A stretch of 62,965 nt of DNA, the filler included, from Paramecium tetraurelia (lineage: Eukaryota): NCBI GenBank assembly GCA_000165425.1. It is 8 parts of 5 records of this genome, joined end to end, with 100 filler letters (N's around TTAATTAATTAA, not from the genome) between each part and the next. Parts side by side here need not be neighbours in the genome. Positions count along the whole stretch, not along the records: positions 19,870 to 43,855 come from CT868084.1; positions 43,956 to 45,394 come from CT868086.1; positions 45,495 to 56,550 come from CT868086.1; 5 more parts are not named here. One strand, given 5' to 3'. The position numbers and the translations under genes are program-made. Numbering within the stretch: position 1 is the first letter of the stretch; every line of letters begins with the position of its first letter. The notes below the pieces were generated by a model. The model was not told the DNA's origin. It did no database searches and was given only the letters and a program-made list of their open reading frames with translations. Below are positions 41,201-54,500 of the stretch, piece by piece.

Positions 41201-42797
41201 AGAGTAATACATTTAAAATCTTAATTCAAGATTAGAAAAAATCAACCAACATTCAATTAATCTTTAATATCAGTCAACCGCATATCTGAATTACTCTCAA
41301 ATTGATATAAGATCATTAGAGAATTAGAATGATTTACACACAGCCTTAAAGAGCACAGTGTTTATGTGGGCTAAAACTTTATTTACTGAAGACTCTGCTG
41401 TCTATGAATTGCAAAGTCGCTTAAAAAGTTTTCTGACAGCAATAATAGAGTTGTCTCTATTTGGTATTGAACCTAATGGATCTATCGATTACTCATTTGA
41501 TACTGCCTTTTTAAAAATGTAAAAAATTAATAATATATCCAATATCACAAAGGGAAGACTGTTAGTTGAATCTACTGAAGATCATTCCAAAGATTTAGAA
41601 TACTATGATGTTGTTTAAGCTATATATATTCGTAATTACTTCGCTTTTGATGGTTACTATCCATATCCCTTATAATTATATCCACTTTATGATTATTAAA
41701 TACGTTAATAGAATAGGAAATAAAATATTTAATTATAGACATATATCTCCTACAAGTTTAAAGTACTTAATGATACTGCAAATCTTGTTTGTTTAATGAG
41801 AAATTCTTAAACATATGAATGGTCAAATGAAAATTGCACACTTCATGAATCAAATACATCCTATTTTTGTAATTGTACAACGCTTGCTCCAACAACCATT
41901 TGCAATGATTATGGCTACCTTTATTCAAATTCTCCTTAGTTCTAATTGAATATCCCCAATCTGTTATTTATTGTTTACTTTTTGTAATTAATCATCTTAG
42001 GAATATTTTTCATTAAAGCTAGGAAGCCGTATTATGAAAAATCTATAGATATTAATAAGTTTGGTTAAGTTCTAAAATTGGTAAAAAGTAATAAAGTAGG
42101 GGTTTTACGAAAAAAAAATTGTTCCTAATGATGATGAAAAGCTAGTATTTCAGATTGAGTCAAAAGAACCTTAAAATGCATAAGCACAGGCAGATAAAAA
42201 CAAATTTAGTTTTAATAACTTTTGGGTATACTTAATATATATTTAATATAGAAATATCATTTTTTAACATCAATGATATATAAAAAGATTTGTTACTTTA
42301 GTTCATTTCATCGTTCTGTTTTGATTTTATTGAGGTGGAATCAAGCCATTATTATTGGAGAAGTCTTAAGTATTAATGGATTCAATTATGATATTTCTAT
42401 GTGGATCGTCTTATCATCAATCATTTTTAGCCGAATTTTTGAATACATTTTCAAAGTAATCAATTTATTATAATTTAGACTTAAGTCAAATACTTTTTTT
42501 ATATGAAATAAGTAATAATTCTTTTTATTATCAAATTATTCTTATTTTTTATAATGTTAGGCACATAGTTATTTGGAATATATGTCTATTTAATGATCTG
42601 GAATTAAACAAATTTAGTATTAAATAATAATTAATTATTAGATAATTTCTTATACCTTTGCGATATTAATTGATTTTCTATTTTTAGATATCATCTAATT
42701 TAGTTCCAATAAATTTTTTGGATAAGAGAAGAAAAAATTAATCAGAAAGAAACTTAGAGAATTTTAATTTATAGCGAAGGCATAGAGCATCAATTGA
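32277..42797 (+). CDS. Giant polycystin-1-like receptor: signal peptide, two LamG/ConA-like domains, Cys repeats, REJ-like region, EGF, GAIN/GPS, about 5 TM
   Basis: Starts MLVLIMVILLLLPFQSQA. LamG-like motifs SWCHIVLSID and TWSHVTAGV..IQDIRIF. Cys repeats ~33650-38457. EGF CLKQCSGVGTCIDKKCKCPPEYYFDDCS ~40938-41020. GPS LVC..EWSNENC..FCNCTTLA ~41784-41890. Stop TGA 42795-42797. Introns 32392-32416, 32590-32611, 32710-32731, 32876-32897, 42226-42251, 42456-42478, 42617-42641. About four homopolymer frameshifts. Confidence 0.88.
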
Positions 42798-42929
42798 TTA
42801 ATTCTGATATTATTTTAAAATCACTTCTGAGATATATAACTTTTTAATTTTCGGCTATTTTTTAAATTTGTTATTTATTAAAATCATCAATTAATGATAT
42901 TAAAAAAAATAAAATTATTTTTCATTTTT

Positions 42930-43350
42930 CGCTAGAAGATAAAAGTTGAGGGAAAAGCCTCATTTAGATGGAATGAAGTAATGGTAAAAATGGGGCTTTG
43001 AGCTAGTAACCAGCCAACTAGGAGTATTCTATAAGAATTCGCCAGGCTTTGACAGACCCTTCCAATTACGTGAAGATTATACCATGGCCATAGATTTTGC
43101 AATCATACAGAGTAAACTCGGGTTAATTTATGTTGTTGCTGAGGCTAAATCTTTGGAGTAGAATGAGGAAGTATGGGATCGAAATGATTACAATAAGAGC
43201 TGATTCATGAGATTAACAAGGAAATGTTAAAAGAATAATTTAAATCCATGGTGAGAGCTAAGGATCTCAAATCAAAGTATTGGGATAGAAAAAGAAACCA
43301 TAAGAATAATTTTTAGATTTCAATGTTGATTTGGATAATAGGATGATGGT
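42930..43350 (+). pseudogene. Possible PH-domain-like gene remnant
   Basis: QWQKWGFELVTSQLGVFYKNSPGFDRP resembles PH-domain strands 2-3. The frame then breaks. Confidence 0.2.
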
Positions 43351-43589
43351 GATCCTATAAATTTTGATTGAAATTTCTGACATTTAAAAGAGTCAATTGT
43401 TTAAAGTCATGTCAAACTCAGTGAAAAGAGAGATCCGCATTCGGTGTGTACAAACTTAAGAGGTTTAGTTCGTTCGACTCTACTGTTTTGAATTGGAGGA
43501 AATATTAAAAAATAATTCTAATATAGTATTAAACAAGGTTCTTCCAATAGAATATATCTTTCATAATAATAATAATATTTATAAAAAAT

Positions 43590-43855
43590 GATATTTTATG
43601 TTTAAAATGAAAAAACTCAAACCGAGCAATCTAGCTGCAATTGTGAGTGACCTTTTTGGAATTGACGAATTAGCCCTAAAGAATTCCTCTATCATATCAG
43701 AATCTCTCTGAGATTGTCCTGATAACGGATTATGAAATAAGTCTTGTCTTGGCTACTAAAGTTGGCCAGACTTTTAGAAGGTTTTGGTTGGACTGGCACA
43801 ACTCTTACAATTGGTTTCCCAAAGGGGCCATGGAAAGAATCTTTTGGATTGGGTT
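43590..43855 (-). CDS. 3' fragment of a hypothetical gene entering from the contig end
   Basis: Relatively GC-rich, protein-like PNPKDSFHGPFGKPIVRVVPVQPKPSK.../SDMIEEFFRANSSIPKRSLTIAARLLG with one frame change. Confidence 0.3.
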
Positions 43856-43955
43856 NNNNNNNNNNNNNNNNNNNNNNNNNNNNNNNNNNNNNNNNNNNNT
43901 TAATTAATTAANNNNNNNNNNNNNNNNNNNNNNNNNNNNNNNNNNNNNNNNNNNN
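43856..43955. other. Artificial contig spacer
   Basis: N44-TTAATTAATTAA-N44. Confidence 0.95.
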
Positions 43956-44330
43956 CGACATAGATTGGAAATTTTGGAGAGAATAATACAAAGATTGCAA
44001 AATGGATTGGAAAATTGGATGGATGTAGAAGATCTAGTTATTGGCGGTTGTATAAAATGATTATAAATTGTTCTTTCATTGAATATAAAATGAGAGTGGA
44101 TAAAAAAGTTTATGGGTGAATATAATTTAAAATTATTAAGGGTAATTTTAATTAGATTTATATAATAGCAAGGCAAAAGTCTATGAAGTGGGAGATTTGT
44201 TAAAAAAATTTCAATAAGGATCTTGCAAGTATATAGATAAAGATTTTTGGTGGATGAGAATATAATTTAAAAGGACTGAAGATGGAAAATCTGATATTTA
44301 AGTCAATTATAAAAGAGTATGACATTTGAA
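43956..44330 (+). pseudogene. Degenerate MORN-variant (KxGxW / GGGxY) repeat protein fragment
   Basis: NTKIAKWI, KAKVYEVG and FGG*EYNLKGLK match the ciliate repeat consensus KIGKW..QVYEIGEY..IGGGEYN.QGLK, in broken frames. Confidence 0.4.
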
Positions 44331-45394
44331 TAAAAAGAACAATAATAAAAAATTTAATTATTTAATAAGCTATCCCAAATGAAAGCCATAATCTTAATGC
44401 TAATTATGTGGACTTAATTTGTTTACAGATGAATATTCATTCTTAATCATTTTGGACAAACTATGTTTTCATTATAAATCGACTTTCTTATTATTATATT
44501 TAATTGAGAGGTTTTTCTGATTTTCTCGTTAATAAAATTTAAATAATTTGCTGGATAAATGGAACCATCTCTCCATTCAAATTATAAATAATTCAATAAT
44601 TGTTTCATCAACTAGAAATCATCTAAATATACAAAATCTTTGAGCTCAATTTTACAAAATATTTTATTATCATTAAAACATTATAATATAATATCTCTTA
44701 AGGATGGCTTATGTGTAAATAAAATTAAGAGAAAATTATAGATTTACATTTCCTTATCTAAAAGAAATTCAAATGAAAATTCAAATAAAAACAAAATAAG
44801 ATAAGATATTTGCTAAAAATATTTTGAAACAATTAAAGTTCAAAAAAAATTTATCATTTGCTCATATTATTGATAGTATAGTTGCTAGCAACCAAACATT
44901 AATAAGGCTTCTATATCTTAATTTACTAATTCAGTCATATTTATTGAGAATTTATCTACTCTTGTACAACATTCTTTGAGGCAACTTGAAAATGTATATA
45001 TAATATTTCCAATTTAAGAGGATTTTTCTTTTTTTTGATATATCTCATATTCTGTTACACGAGAAGGTATGCAACATTATCTTAAGTAATAATTCATAAA
45101 TGATGTTTTGGCCAAAGTTATAACAAAGACTTATTAATTCTCTTTATGAATTCGTATCAAAGGTTTTGAATATATAAGTGAATCCTTACATTCCTTTTCG
45201 AATAACGAATTAATAGTTAAAATCTTTCCTACTTTATATTCTGTTTTTCCTTCGGCGTTTTACTTCTTGATTTCCATCAAAGTATCTTAACAACATACAT
45301 TTTTAGATCCTAAATAAAATTATAAGTTACTCTCCCCTAAATATTTCTCTCCTTGATTGTCCTTAACTCTCAGCTTGAATGGCCGATATTAAAA

Positions 45395-45494
45395 NNNNNN
45401 NNNNNNNNNNNNNNNNNNNNNNNNNNNNNNNNNNNNNNTTAATTAATTAANNNNNNNNNNNNNNNNNNNNNNNNNNNNNNNNNNNNNNNNNNNN
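45395..45494. other. Artificial contig spacer
   Basis: N44-TTAATTAATTAA-N44. Confidence 0.95.
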
Positions 45495-46511
45495 GATATT
45501 CCTGATTTTAGTTCTGAATCTATAAATTAAGTTTGATTTTGGTTAGCATTATTATAACACAATCTAAATCCTAAAATCATTCATATATATCGCTTGTTTG
45601 ATATTAAAATTTTGAGATGACTTGTAAATTTAAAGCAAAGCAAGAAATAATTAATCCACTTAAATTAGATGTTTATTATTCAGGCAATCGACGAATTATG
45701 ACCTATTAGTTTCAAAAGTGGTTTAGGTATTACAACTGTTAATCATAATATGATGCATGAATCAAAAGATTTTGAACTATAGCGAAGTAATGCACTTAAT
45801 TTTCTTTTGTATTTAATTAATATCATAAATTTCTATATATGTATGATATAAAACTAAGTAAAAAAAGTATTATTTTATATATAATTAATAGAAATATAAT
45901 CTAGTAAGTAGAAAGAAGCATTTTATTAATATTAAATTCCTTATAAATTCTTGAAGAATAAATCTTGAATTTGTGTATTAGGATAATTGCTAACTGTAAA
46001 TAGAATAATAAAGTATATATGAGATTTAGACTATTTTTTCTGGATTAATTATTTAAAAAATTGTTAAAAATAAATCACTTATCAAATATGTCTTAAAGGA
46101 AAAGCGGATGTTGAATAACCTATAACGTGAATTATCTTATAAAAAAGCATATTGGTTAGAATAATTAATTGGTAGTGGTTGGTACACATCACTGATTAAA
46201 TATTGCTTATTTAATTACCATGATGATTTACGTTCATTATAGAGTTAAGTTGATTAATTGATTTATTTTATCGCATTATTATCATTTTATAAACTGACAA
46301 ATATTAATTGGTAGTGATAATCCTCATTATGATACTCTACGCAACTCATCAAACTGTGATTNNNNNNNNNNNNNNNNNNNNNNNNNNNNNNNNNNNNNNN
46401 NNNNNNNNNNNNNNNNNNNNNNNNNNNNNNNNNNNNNNNNNNNNNNNNNNNNNNNNNNNNNNNNNNNNNNNNNNNNNNNNNNNNNNNNNNNNNNNNNNNN
46501 NNNNNNNNNNN

Positions 46512-49500
46512 AAATAGTTATCTTCAATTAAAGCAGAATATTTTTAGACTTAGAGCCTCATTCTCATATATTAGTGGATGCACAATTTCTAAGGTATTTA
46601 ATGCTATTAATTACAAAAGTATTGATAACAATATTCCACCATCATTAGATGTAGACTAGCAAACATCAGATTCAGAGTAAATGATTTCATCTTAAGGTTT
46701 GATATGTTGTGATTCGGAGCCTGAATATTTGCATACTATTTCTATTATTCGTTAACATAATAGAAGAACTATTTGGATGAGCATTGATTATAATTACGGA
46801 GGATTAATATCATTAAAATTTAGTATCATTAAATGTTAGTATGCATGTTATGCATGCATTGAGAATTATCCTACAATTTGTTTATAATGGAAACTGCACT
46901 AATATTCATTTAATTAGAAATAGATCACATATTCTGACGGATGGACTTTTTAAGAAGGTTCTTTTATTATAAACAGTTAATGTGGACTTTGTGAAGTTGT
47001 GAAATTTTAGTAAATTACGTATTAAACTTAACTCCCTCCTCATTAAGATGTATTAATAAGGTTTTTTTAATTAAATCCAAATTTTCTATTTGTAGACTAT
47101 TTATTTGATCAAAAAAATATAAAGTATAAATATTTAATAGAAATATTAATAAAAAATCATTATGTTCCAATATTATAACTTACTATTTATGGTGGAGGGA
47201 GTAGTTTTTTAAGAGATTTTGAAGTGTATTATACTTAGCCAGAAATAATGTTTTAGAATTAAATGAAGGTTGTTTAGAATAAATAGATGATAAATGTCTG
47301 ATTTGTCAAGAAGGTTGGATTTAAGATGAACTTCTAGAAAATTGTAATCCAATTTGTGGAGATGGAATCATTTAAGGTTAAGAATAATGTGATAATCTAA
47401 TAACTAATCATTCTTGCTATCAATGCAAATATTCTTGTTTTGAAAATTGTTAAATTTGTTAATTTGGAATTTATTTACAATGTATTGACGGATTTGTAAT
47501 TAATTCCAATTTTAATTGTGATCCTTTATGCGGAGACGGTAATTTGACCCCATATTCATTTGAATAATGCGAATTGGCTGTTAATGGTGTGTAGGATGGT
47601 TGTTAGGATTGCAAATTTATTTCAATCGCTAATTGTAAAATTACCTATTTTTCAATTTGCATAGAATGTGAAATAGGATTTTAATTGTTAGAGAATGCCT
47701 GCTTTCCTTATTGTGGAGATAAATTAGTTCTCTAATAATATGAGGATTGCGATGATGGAAATTTTGAACCTTATGATGGTTGTTATTAATGTAAGTTTTA
47801 ATGCATAGAAAATTGCAACTTATGTGATCAAGGATAATGCTTTTTAAAATGTGAGGATGGATATAAGTTTGCTAATAACAATTGTCAATCTGTTTGTGGT
47901 GATTAAATTGTTACAAAGGAAGAAGATTGTGATGATGGTAATACTATAAAATTTGATGGTTGTTTTCAATGTAAGTATTCTTGTCCACTAAATTGTTCTG
48001 ATTGCTATCAAGGTACATGTTTGTAGTGCAATTATCAATACTAATTACTAATTTCTAATTAATGTAAATAATAATTAAATTGTGGGGATGGATTGGTTTA
48101 GGAATAGGAGGAATGTGATGATGGTAATTAACATGCAGCCGATGGATGCTAGGATTGTTTATTTGAATAAAATTGGGTTTGTATCACAACGGCAAAAGAG
48201 TCTCCTAGCTAATGCTCATTCGTTAAAGCTCCAAGTTTAGTTATTAATTATCTCAATATAACTTAAAATAAATAATATATAAGCATCTAATTTAATTAGT
48301 AAGTAAAAATATACACTAGTTAACCACTATCAGAAACTTTAAATTTTGAATTATCAGATCTCAACAGGAAGTACTGGAATAGCAGCTTAAATATAATTTC
48401 GGATGTTGGATCATATTTGAGTTTTGGTGAATATATTATCGAAATAGAAGTCTTCTAATTACTAAAATTTAGACCTCTCTTGAAAATTTCAGTAAATCAG
48501 AAAGTTGCTAATATAGATAATGCTATTTTGATAGATTTTGAAAAATAAATAACATTACAATATCCAAATTATCTCGATGAAACACAGAAGGATTATTCTT
48601 AAAAGTTGAAATTCTTAATAAATATTTGATTTATAGTTTATCAGGAATTACTATTATCAGTCTTTTACTAGGAAGTAGCGATTTATTCGTAGAGATTTTA
48701 GCAATCCTTTAATTTTAACAATACTTAAGATATATCAATTTAGAATTTCCTGAAAATCTAGTTATTTATTTTTCTATATATGATATGATAACTGTTCAAC
48801 CTCTATTGGACGTTTTGTAATTTCCACAATTATCACAGTTTATTGATATTTAGTCAAATTAGGTTTATTAAGATGGGAAGTTTCATGATTACAAATAAAA
48901 TTCAAGCTTGATTATCAATCTTTAGTGTCAAATATTTTAATTCTTAATATTTTTATTCCTTATTTTGCTGTTGCAATGGATTAAAAGAGTTGGATATAAA
49001 TGGATATTTTGTTCTAGATGCAATTAATATATGTTATCACTATCATTCTATATAAATCGAAAAATTATTTTGAAAATAAGTTCATACTTTTATAACATTT
49101 ACCTGGATTTACTTAAATTAGAGAAATTTATGTCTTTTGAAGGATTGTAAAAAGCATTACTCCTCAATGGTTGGGATATGATATTTAAAACAATTTTATA
49201 TACACGAAACATCTAAACAAAAAATTACTTAGATATCATACAACTCTTTTTGGTAAGTATTATACTTCTTCTTTATTTTATCATATTACTAAATTTTTTC
49301 AAATGCCATTAACGATTGAACAAAAATAAAAGGTTCGCAATTCTTAGTTTTGGGAGATAATTTTTCTTTTTAATAATCTTGATTTATGTTTAACATTCGC
49401 AGACACTGTAAGTAGGGTTGATACTTTTAACAAGCTTAATATAAACAACTTTCCTTTACAAATATCGGTTTTATTTTAATTAAAAGAACTACATCGTTTA

Positions 49501-49738
49501 GATGTCAGTTGAGATATCAGTAATCACTTTTATGCTTGGTTCGTTTTTATACATATAAGAGTTTAATGAATAATTTAATCAAGAGAAAAAAATTGTACTG
49601 GGATGGATTTAATCAATCTTGCTATCTACAGGCATAATACTAGAGTTAATTTTTACCTGTTAAAGATCATTATTGAAATATAAATTGATGTGCAGAAGAA
49701 AGCAATTAGTAGATAAAAACAATCCAATATTTATTTGA
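46512..49738 (+). CDS. Myxococcus Cys-rich repeat (DUF4215-type) surface protein with C-terminal multi-pass (TRP/Flc-like) membrane domain; 5' end unresolved
   Basis: Lectin-like N-terminal domains (LEPHSH, DGW, LPPHQD, LRDF). Five CGD..E.CD(DGN)..DGC repeats at ~47355, 47529, 47712, 47895 and 48081. QFQQYLRYINLEFPENL and about 7-8 hydrophobic segments follow. Ends NPIFI-TGA at 49736-49738. Intron 46594-46619. Frameshifts near 47260 and 48612. Confidence 0.88.
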
Positions 49739-50216
49739 ATATCATGAAATAATAAATTTACACCCAAATTTATAAATTTAAAAGATATTAACATTTCTTG
49801 TTAATCTAAATAAGGGTATAAGTAATTGAAATCAATTCAATTTAGCACTTTCTTCATTATATTTTAAATTTACTTTTTATTTAACTTTCAATTAAAATTA
49901 TAAGTTCTTCTGTTAATTGTATTGTAAATATAGAGAAATATTTAATATGAATAACTTTTAGATAAATCTATTCTACTATTAATTTCTTTATTAACTATCT
50001 GTGACTCTTCCACCCTCCCCCTCGTTCCCCTCTACTCTCCGTCTACTTCTCTCTTTCTCCTCTTATNNNNNNNNNNNNNNNNNNNNNNNNNNNNNNNNNN
50101 NNNNNNNNNNNNNNNNNNNNNNNNNNNNNNNNNNNNNNNNNNNNNNNNNNNNNNNNNNNNNNNNNNNNNNNNNNNNNNNNNNNNNNNNNNNNNNNNNNNN
50201 NNNNNNNNNNNNNNNN

Positions 50217-51547
50217 AGTTAAAACAAATATTAATTGATTTTATAGTGACTATGTCTCATCCATAAATCTTTTATAGAAATTTTAGCTGCTTTAGAAAAT
50301 GATTAACTATCCTTTTGTTTGAATCTTCAATTTTTTGCAACATAAGAGGTTATGAAAATGAACTCCAAGTTATCACAATAATTTCATCATAGATTAAAGT
50401 TTAATTTACAATTTATCCATTATCTTAAAATTAAAGGACTGGAAAATAAAATGAAATCTAATAGTTAGATCCATCCAAATTGCTTATTTCTAAGTTTCTG
50501 ATATACTTTTTCACTATTCTTTAATTATCGAATGGTTATCTTGATTGAGTAAAATGCACATTCTGATGGTATCGTTTAACCAAAGTATTCTTTAATTGGA
50601 ATTGGGATTGACCCATTATTTAAGCGATTATATTATTAAATTTGATATTTAGACAAATTTATCATAAAAGCCATATCAAATTTCGATGAATTGATCATGA
50701 AAACAATATTTGCCTTAAATTCAAGATCTGATTTTAATAGAAAACTCTTAATTGTTAAAAGAAATATTTACTAATTAATTTTTCATTTATATATCATAAC
50801 TTATCATGGAATATCTTCTTTTACTTGTGAAACTTTAACAATACTAACCATAGAGTTTATGATTAACATCATCTTCAAGTTTTACAGAATGTTCACTTGA
50901 GTATAAACCACATCCAGCCCATCACGGCTTTACCCCATAAACTACATTTATACAATCATTTTAAATTCTTATAGCTATTTCAAAGATCACCTAATTTTAT
51001 CTTCCATAACTAAATCATTCTTCATAACTTCTTCTCCAATGAATCCTTCTCAACCTCCTAGCTATTACAGTTATTCATTGGATTATTTCAAGAAGAAATC
51101 GTATCTCTAATTTAATCATCAATATAAGGTTAATTTGGGATAGTTTACCATAAAGTGTTTAAAATCATAAGGATTTGATTTATACCTTACCTTGATCTAT
51201 TTAGTGCTGAAGATATGAAAATTGTTATGTAATAGCATCTACTTCAAAAATCAGGCATTTAAATTTCTTAGCGATCGTTTTAGAGATATTCATCTGAACA
51301 ATCTTATTTTCCTTAGATTAAAGTAGAGCCTTAAGTTAAGCAATCTTCTTTTTATTGTTCCTCATCATAAATATCACTAATCATCTAAACTAAACCAAAA
51401 TCATTTTTAATTTGTTTAGAGATTTGTTCTTCAGTTTTTAGAAATTTAACATCCTAAAAATTCCTGTTTGATTCGTTTGGGTACAAGTAATGTCTATTTA
51501 AATTGTGGAGAATTTAGATACTTAAGTTAAGGAACTACTGTTTCCAT
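50217..51547 (-). pseudogene. Hypothetical gene, intact-looking 5' part then degenerate
   Basis: ATG at 51547, canonical 28-nt intron 51494-51521, and about 115 open codons (METVVPQLKHYLYPNESNR...). Several TGAs follow. Confidence 0.35.
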
Positions 51548-51599
51548 TTATTTATTTTAAATAAAACGCACTTATTTTTAAACTTCTTTCCTTAATTTT

Positions 51600-54500
51600 A
51601 AAACTTTAAAAAGAAATGGTATGGTTTGTCTATCCAAGTCAAAAAGTCATCCGATGTATTTTTTCTATTACTTCTTTACTCTTTATCTTCACCATATAAG
51701 TTTGCAAACTTAGTTCTCCAATCACTTGGAAATGAGTGCAGATATATCCTCATTGAAAACATGATCTTGGTGAGTATTTTGATTTCTCCTTTTGTAATAG
51801 AAGGAAGGTTGAACTTTTTAACTATAATTTGATCTTAACTTCATGAGTACATTCTTGTTTACTGTCTAGTTTTATCTTGAGTCAAATCTAAGTCAAGGTT
51901 GATATCATTCTTAATACTTTTTTAATTAGATATCCATAGATTTTCCTCTTCCAATTTTATCCGTTTATAATGAGATCAATTATTTTCAAATAGCACTTAT
52001 TCTGAGGAGTATGTAAACACGATGAAATATGATGCAATCATTTTAATATATCAAGCCACCATGGGTTCGAAATTGCATTTAATTAAGTCATAAAATGTAA
52101 ATATTTATAGTCTGACACATCCAGGAATATTATTACTACCTGTACGATATGTAGAAAAAGATAGAGATTAATGAAATGCAGCTGATTTGTCAACCAAATA
52201 ATGATAATTTTATTAATTTATCAAATGCTAGAGTTTAGAGTATGCTTGACTTTATTTTAACAGCAACAAGCATCAATAGAATGTCAATAAGAGTTATGAT
52301 AGAAATCTTATCTTGTTGAAGTCCGTATAATTGGTTGATCAATATGCTTTGAAACTATCAGATATTATTGTGGTAGTATTAAAAATAGCCATCCTCTTGT
52401 TGTGAATGCTCGAATTATTAATGTCTTATGTAGATGGGTAATTTCAAGAAATGAAGTTCATGAAGGATCATAATAGGAACTTGAAATATTAGAGAAATTC
52501 CTAGCCTTTATCTTTCTCCTACAGAGTTCTAAAAAATATTGTTTTCTGAATGCATCTTTTTAAACATTAGAGAAAAGTCCAACACTGGAAAGAAGTGTAT
52601 AGAGTAGAACTATAAGAAAGATTAAACACACTTATCAAATATTCTAGTTTATTCGTGTATTTAATTCAACAAAGTAACAAAGTGTTCAAATGTATCCAGG
52701 TCAAAAAAGCATAAAAAATTTATGTTTTATATGTAATGATGAATAAAATAAACAGGAATTTTGATAAGTTATAAAGTAATGTTGTTGGAGTAATTCTAGG
52801 AGTACTTCGACAAGAAGCATATGAATACCCTTTTAAATGAGTAACACGATAGATATCAAGGCAACTGACCTTCCACAATAGACTCAATACAACTGAATAG
52901 TAATCCATTTCTCTTCAGACTTCCAAAGTTTAAGAGAAATTTGAGAGAGCTCCCATAATTTACTTCAATGATAGAGTTTTTTTTCATATAACATGCATAG
53001 TATCCTTCTAAGATGCACATTATATGGCTAACCATTTACATGACAAGTAACAGTTATACAGACACTTAGTATAACTTTTAAAAGCTCATCACTTTAAGAG
53101 GGAATTAATTATATAATCCTTCTGGAGCACATGCTAAGTATGAGCCTGGAGCTTCTGCTATGGCTGGGTAAATTTAGAAGGATCTTTCATTATTGTTATG
53201 TATTATAACAGTCTCCATATGCAAACTGTGATTATCAAGTAATATTACAAAATAATCTAACCAACCAGTGTATGTTAAGATGAGATTTCTAAAATACGAA
53301 TGTATTGCTTGGAAGTATTGACTTTAAGAGAAGCCATTTATACTGGTAGCAGTGAGGTTCGAATTGAATGACTATACAAACTCATAAGTTATTCATATGC
53401 GTTGTTCACTTAAAATATATAATTTGAATAATATAAACCATTTGTGCTAACTCCATTGCAATTCTAGGTTAAACTTAATATACACTAATTAATATAAGAG
53501 ATACCGTTTTTATTTGTGCAACAAAAAAGAATAATATCACTAACATAACTCTATGCCTCAATTTAACATCAACCATTATTTTTATTGGTACGGTTTACAA
53601 AAAATTGGCATTTAGAAAGATGCAGCTATCAAATAAGCGTGGGATTTTTTCCAAAGATCAGTGTAAATTGATAGGCATATGAGATGCTTAACTTATGTAA
53701 TATATCCACTTAGTGCAAGAGAGTCAGATCATCTTAAACAGAAATAAAGTATAAATCAAGATGTATTATCAGATGATGACAATATGCATAGAGATAGGAC
53801 AATTGTCAGTGCAAGTGCATTTAGAACTTATTTTAAAGCCTCTATCTATAATAATTTGTAATTGTTATAATATTAAAATAACAAATTAGCATCGCGATGT
53901 TAATGCTGCACAAAGTACTAAGGGCAACCGAAAGATACATTAGATATAATAACCTTATACAAGTGCTTGTCCTATTAAAAGTAATGATGTTATTTTTATT
54001 TTAATCCAACAATGCAACTTTGTAATAAGGAATCCTGTCACAAATGGTCCTAATAAACTGTACTTTTTAATTAGGCTACTGAATGTGATGATCTTTCCAA
54101 TAGCTTTATTTTTATGGCATATGAATATGAGCTAGCACTGCATGCTGATAATGAATTTCCATCTCTTTGTCTTATACGTATCGCATGTTTATTCCTTGTG
54201 TAAAGCATACTGATTCTACATAGGTAAATTCTAGTTATCAAGATGTTTATCAAATGCATACTCTTTTCAGCAAGGCCAATATCTTTTTACAATTAGTCTA
54301 AGTTCAATAAAATAATTGATATTGCAAATACAATTCCATTTTTTAATTTAAGTGGGGATTTAATGCTATAAAATCATTTTTCTCATTTAACATAAATTAA
54401 GGAATAATAATTACTTTTGCTCAGCCTTTGATTCATCTGTAATGTAAGGTGTAGGTCAGTAAATCCACTGAATACCTAGTAGTCAAACTATGTTACTCTT

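Noticed and set aside
43842..43855. Telomere-like TTGGGTT at a contig end
   Set aside because: Only about one repeat unit, and it reads as PNPK in a minus-strand coding frame
15380..48620. Programmed ribosomal frameshifting or pseudogenisation in the long genes (shifts near 15385, 16050, 26170, 37420, 38400, 40050, 42115, 47260, 48612)
   Set aside because: Nearly all are fixed by adding or removing one base in a homopolymer, with no shared slippery motif. Pyrosequencing-type errors are the simplest explanation; read polishing would confirm.
32277..49738. Split polycystin cluster (PKD1-like genes plus a neighbouring channel gene)
   Set aside because: The multi-TM gene lies on a different scaffold across two artificial spacers and shows no recognisable TRPP pore signature
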